A DNA stretch of 55,392 bases, counting the filler, from Barthelona sp. PAP020 (taxonomy: Eukaryota): assembly GCA_040182905.1 (NCBI GenBank). It is 2 parts of 2 records of this genome, joined end to end, with 100 filler letters (N's around TTAATTAATTAA, not from the genome) between each part and the next. Parts side by side here need not be neighbours in the genome. Positions count along the whole stretch, not along the records: positions 27,846 to 55,392 come from JARQWU010000130.1; 1 more part is not named here. The stretch is one strand, 5' to 3'. The position numbers and the translations under genes were made by a program. The notes beneath the pieces were generated by a model. It did no database searches. It was not told where the DNA came from and was given only the letters and a program-made list of their open reading frames with translations. Positions 51,360 through 55,392 of the stretch are shown here, in pieces (within the stretch, counting starts at the first letter, position 1; each line of letters starts with the position of its first letter).

Positions 51360-54300
51360 TCACATTGGAATGTCCAAGGGCCACCCTAAAATTTCCACAC
51401 AAAACTGGTAATTGACACCAATGTAAATAAGAGTAAGCTCATTCTTGAAAATGATCGCATCAAAATCCATAAAACCAGTTGTACATTCCACTATTAAGGG
51501 CAGATCATCAACAGAATGAATTTTTTTTTTACTGGTCGAATCAAATAACCGAATTTCACCAATATCACTGTCATCCCTTGTAAAAGATAACAAGGCCATG
51601 TGTTCATTAATTAAGACACAATGTTGAAAGAAAATATTATTATCATTAATCCTCAGAGCAAAGAAATCTTCTTCTTTGAAGTCATTTCGAGTAAGTTCAC
51701 TGAAATTAACCAAAAAAAAGTTATGTTGCATCATAACAAGAATATTATCAACATGATTAGCTGCGTACTTGATCTTGCCTGCGTTTGATTTGCCAAAATG
51801 ATGTGTTTCGTTTCGATTAATCTTAATAGCCTCACTATTTTTGCTTTTGTCACTCGAACTATCAGTATTCAATTGACTAAAAGAATAGGAACAAATGCTA
51901 TCATCAAAAATCACACATATTTTATCGTTCAAAATCAACAATTCAAGGAAAATCCCACAATTGTTCAAAGTAGACATTGAAATACGTGGTACAGACCTAT
52001 TGATAAACAACAGTGAAACTTTTTTCGTTTCAACCATGTTACCAATGGTGACTTTATCTCTAGGCTCTGAATACATTACTGCCACATAATGGTCAGCAAT
52101 AAAATTGATAGGATAAAGTCTTAAAATTGATTTTCCCTGCTTGGCAATTGCATTCATCAACTTATCGCTAAATAAAGGCCTAGCAACAGTAGGAGTTGAA
52201 GCATCTGCAAGATTGAACCAGAAAAAAAACGAAGCCTTTGAACCATTTGAAATTAATAATGTATCTTCCTTTGAAAAGGAAACAGTCGTAAATCCCTTAG
52301 TCAAATTAGGAGAATCAGGAAGATTCACTGTTGTCAACTTCTTATATTGTTTCAAAGCATGTCTAGTTTCTGTAAATCTCAATTCTCCAATCTCAAACAA
52401 TCCTTTTGAATCAATTTCCCATATGATAAAAACGCTATCACCTTTGGATATCAAATTGAACCAAGTCAAAGGATATGTTTCCACATCAAAAAGTTCGTCA
52501 TGAAACAATGAATGCTCCCTGGCAATGATATGCTTCTCGGCTTCTTTTATCTCATTGGCATGCTCGATTGTGGGAGATTTCTTCAAAGATAGGTCTAATT
52601 GCAAAGATAACCCATGTTGCTCATCAAAACCAAACTCATTATGGTCAAAATCACGTTCACGTTGATACATACTCGAAGCTACCATAGAAGTTGAATCATC
52701 ACTGGAATAATCACTGTATAACACATCATCTTCACAAAATGCATCCTTTTCCTGTTCAACTACAACAAATTCATGACAAATAGAAGGTTTAGACCCTCGG
52801 GATAAAAACAAAACAGCTAAAGGGTCATAATTCAACTCTTGTTCCCATATAATCCCCGTCAAATTATAATAATCAGCACATAAAGGAGATTCAACGAGAT
52901 TTCCTGCTTCAACAGCCATGCAATTGAAACCAACGACTATCAAATCATTAGTAACCCATTTTGCAAATAAAATTGGATGTGAAAACGTAAACATTGCATC
53001 AGGAGATGTTGAAAAAGTAATTCCATCATGAATATGAACACTATAACTTCCAGCAAACAAAATCTCACCGTTTGAATTCACGTCAAAACCATTAGAAAAA
53101 GGAATTGTCAAGGAAAACTCACTGGTGTGATAGCTTAACCGATGTAAATTGGTGAAAAATTCGAAATATCGAACTGACATCCCAATCGATCCATTAGACA
53201 TGTTGAAAGTATATACTTCTGATTTATTTTCATTAATTGCAAAACAAAGGGCTCTTGAATCAACCCAACAACAATCAGACATTTTAAATAATGGATCTGG
53301 ACTATTTTTGGAAGTAATAATTTGAATATTTTCTATATTATTCATTTTAACCAGACAGATTCGGGCATTTTCAGCAGAAGAAACGTTAATGTAAGAATAT
53401 TCATCACCGACAAAAAATCTTAGCGATCTAATGTCACTTCCCAAATCAGTTAAAGAACATTGATAAACTATTTCGCAACTATCATTCAAGTCCAATATTA
53501 TCAATCCCAAAAGATCAGTTGACAAAGCAATGTAAGGATTATCATCCAGCAAAAACATACATGACGCTGAAATGTAATTTCCATCAACATTCGTAAGCAT
53601 CCCATCTAATGGTTTATTCTCTATTGTTGATAGATAAAACTGATCCAATTTCATTGTAAACACAGCAGCATTACAAACATTTGCTTTTGATGAAATAGAA
53701 TCACAACACAAACCAAAACCAATATTTACGTATCCCAAATCTTCAGAAATAACCAAAGATGAAATAAATCCTATTTCCTTCAATTCAGGATATTTTACAC
53801 TATCAAAAACACATTTGTATACCATAGGAGAATCATCAAACCCTCCAAAATGACTGGAAAGAGCTGAAAAAATAACCATTTGAACAGTTCCATCAAAGCT
53901 TGCCAAAACACATATATTTTTATCATCGTGGTGAAAACTCCCTGATTTAACTATACTTTTCGATGTATTTGTCAAACCAACACAAGAAACTCCCCATGAT
54001 GGATTGTATTTTGGCAACTCTTTAAATGATGGAACAAAAATCCTGTTGGCTCTTTGCAAAGTCCTGTTTTGTAAAACAATAGGTAATTTGGAATCAGGAG
54101 GCAACTGAATATGAAACGTTGAAGTGGGCTCAGATTCTAAAGAAATAATCAACGCAACAACAGTTTCGAGCAATTCATTTCTGGCAATATCTTCAACAAA
54201 ATCAAAAGATCCTCCCTTTATTTGTGATACACCAAACAAATAATTCAAACTAATATAACCTTCAGGGAAAAAATCTTTAACAAGATTCAAATAATTGTTT

Positions 54301-54593
54301 AAAACATCTGAAGCTTTATCAATTTCATGATTGGATAAATGTTTCAAAAACTGATATTTGAACAATTCATAAAATATTTGTCGTCCAATAGCTTCATTCA
54401 AACTAATAAAACATTTAATATAATTCCAAGCTTTTTCAATTCTTCCTTCCACAAGCCATTGAGTTATTTGAGAAATATCAAAAAAAATACCCGTCTCGCA
54501 ATCAAGTGCATTATATGTATCTTTGAGATTATATTGCTCCAAAACTCTTCGTATTACACTAAAATTTTGCAGGTCCATAATATAAAAACTCAA
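51360..54593 (-). CDS. TOPLESS-like LisH-CTLH protein with divergent beta-propeller region
   Basis: VIRRVLEQYNLKDTYNALDCETGIFFDISQI...GRIEKAWNYIKCF...IFYELFKYQFLKHL...KASDVL aligns with the plant TPL N-terminus; the remainder is beta-rich; length is similar to TPL. Confidence 0.72.
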   Translation of the reverse strand: MSFYIMDLQNFSVIRRVLEQYNLKDTYNALDCETGIFFDISQITQWLVEGRIEKAWNYIKCFISLNEAIGRQIFYELFKYQFLKHLSNHEIDKASDVLNNYLNLVKDFFPEGYISLNYLFGVSQIKGGSFDFVEDIARNELLETVVALIISLESEPTSTFHIQLPPDSKLPIVLQNRTLQRANRIFVPSFKELPKYNPSWGVSCVGLTNTSKSIVKSGSFHHDDKNICVLASFDGTVQMVIFSALSSHFGGFDDSPMVYKCVFDSVKYPELKEIGFISSLVISEDLGYVNIGFGLCCDSISSKANVCNAAVFTMKLDQFYLSTIENKPLDGMLTNVDGNYISASCMFLLDDNPYIALSTDLLGLIILDLNDSCEIVYQCSLTDLGSDIRSLRFFVGDEYSYINVSSAENARICLVKMNNIENIQIITSKNSPDPLFKMSDCCWVDSRALCFAINENKSEVYTFNMSNGSIGMSVRYFEFFTNLHRLSYHTSEFSLTIPFSNGFDVNSNGEILFAGSYSVHIHDGITFSTSPDAMFTFSHPILFAKWVTNDLIVVGFNCMAVEAGNLVESPLCADYYNLTGIIWEQELNYDPLAVLFLSRGSKPSICHEFVVVEQEKDAFCEDDVLYSDYSSDDSTSMVASSMYQRERDFDHNEFGFDEQHGLSLQLDLSLKKSPTIEHANEIKEAEKHIIAREHSLFHDELFDVETYPLTWFNLISKGDSVFIIWEIDSKGLFEIGELRFTETRHALKQYKKLTTVNLPDSPNLTKGFTTVSFSKEDTLLISNGSKASFFFWFNLADASTPTVARPLFSDKLMNAIAKQGKSILRLYPINFIADHYVAVMYSEPRDKVTIGNMVETKKVSLLFINRSVPRISMSTLNNCGIFLELLILNDKICVIFDDSICSYSFSQLNTDSSSDKSKNSEAIKINRNETHHFGKSNAGKIKYAANHVDNILVMMQHNFFLVNFSELTRNDFKEEDFFALRINDNNIFFQHCVLINEHMALLSFTRDDSDIGEIRLFDSTSKKKIHSVDDLPLIVECTTGFMDFDAIIFKNELTLIYIGVNYQFCVEILGWPLDIPM

Positions 54594-54958
54594 TTTTTGT
54601 TGTTTTCAAATACATTCTTCTTTGTTTAATTTATTAATATTTGAAATTTATGTGGATAAAACAACAGATGATTTGATTGGTATCAGCAATTGTAATGAAA
54701 AAAGTTTGCATAATAAATTATAAAAGGTTCAAAAGCATGAACACTCTGACTTGTTAACTTTTTACAACCCATCCAGGGAACACAATAACAAACTGCAACA
54801 AACAAAATTTTAAACAAAAAAATATGTATCAATTTTGAAAAACAAAAACTCCACATCCATTATTTGTAAATATACTCAATAAACCAAAATCAAATTGTCT
54901 GTTCACTGAATGAAAAATATTGAAGTTAATCCGACATTTTCTTTTTTTTTTCATTCTA

Positions 54959-55392
54959 ATGACTCACGATTCTAAATCATTGGAAGAATATTTAGCTTAT
55001 CATCAGGTTCATGAGATATTCAAAGAATTTTATAGTTTGTTATGTTATGAGCAACCTGAAAATCCTCTGGCCTTTTTGGTTGAACATTTTCAAGCCGTAC
55101 TTGATGAATCCGCAACATTTGAACCTGGTGTTCCAAAAGTTACAGATCCTCAACCAGATGATGATTTTCTTGATGATTCAGATGACTTAGTTGCTCCTGA
55201 CGATATGCCTGTTCCTATTCGTCGTGCTCGCAGAGGTGGTGTATCTGTGGCACCAATGGATCCTGATAAACCATTAGAATACGAATCTATTCATAAAGAT
55301 GAAGATACTGTTGAAGCAATCAATTCTGCCATTAAAAAGATTGCATTGTTCAAATCTTTGGATGAGAAAGATTTCCACACTATCATTGATGC
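54959..55392 (+). CDS. cAMP-dependent protein kinase regulatory subunit, 5' part (runs off the window; absent from the ORF track)
   Basis: Manual translation: MTHDSKSLEEYLAYHQVHEIFKE...EQPENPLAFLVEHF (dimerisation/docking domain), RRARRGGVS inhibitory site, HKDEDT...LFKSLD at the start of cNMP domain A. Confidence 0.92.
   Translation, partial: MTHDSKSLEEYLAYHQVHEIFKEFYSLLCYEQPENPLAFLVEHFQAVLDESATFEPGVPKVTDPQPDDDFLDDSDDLVAPDDMPVPIRRARRGGVSVAPMDPDKPLEYESIHKDEDTVEAINSAIKKIALFKSLDEKDFHTIID

Noticed and set aside
1800..54629. Numerous 60-135 aa ORFs antisense or out of frame within long genes
   Set aside because: Shadow ORFs of the main coding sequences, many with non-ATG starts and no independent motifs.
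1..55392. Alternative genetic code, CRISPR arrays, rRNA genes
   Set aside because: Conserved genes translate full-length in the standard code and end in TAA, TAG or TGA; no regularly spaced repeat-spacer arrays or rRNA-like segments were seen.

Overview
AT-rich, gene-dense eukaryotic DNA in which no intron could be identified. It probably comes from a flagellated protist: NPHP4, MORN5 and a SAXO/TEX45-like repeat protein imply an axoneme, and the divergence level would fit a metamonad-type lineage, but the taxonomy is inference only. The window is two sequence blocks joined by an artificial N44-TTAATTAATTAA-N44 spacer (27746-27845) followed by an Illumina adapter remnant, so linkage across that point is unproven. 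Recognisable genes: kinesin-1-like motor, ATG4, HAUS6, LSm6, NPHP4, OTU1, MORN5, CCDC47, PRP19, dCTP deaminase, Mesh1-like HD hydrolase, DEX1-like protein, Mei2-type RRM protein, RPS12, V-ATPase subunit a, a TOPLESS-like protein and a truncated PKA regulatory subunit. Most notable: (i) an Eyes-absent (EYA)-like HAD domain with degenerate catalytic motifs fused to a C-terminal prion-like tail; (ii) three dispersed WD40 paralogues sharing an unrecognised ~75 aa C-terminal domain; (iii) an adjacent prokaryote-type dCTP deaminase + (p)ppGpp-hydrolase-like gene pair; (iv) three copies of a decayed repeat with a common terminus and RT/RNase H-like remnants; (v) a TOPLESS-type N-terminal domain outside plants. 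All identifications are by eye from remembered motifs; no searches were run.
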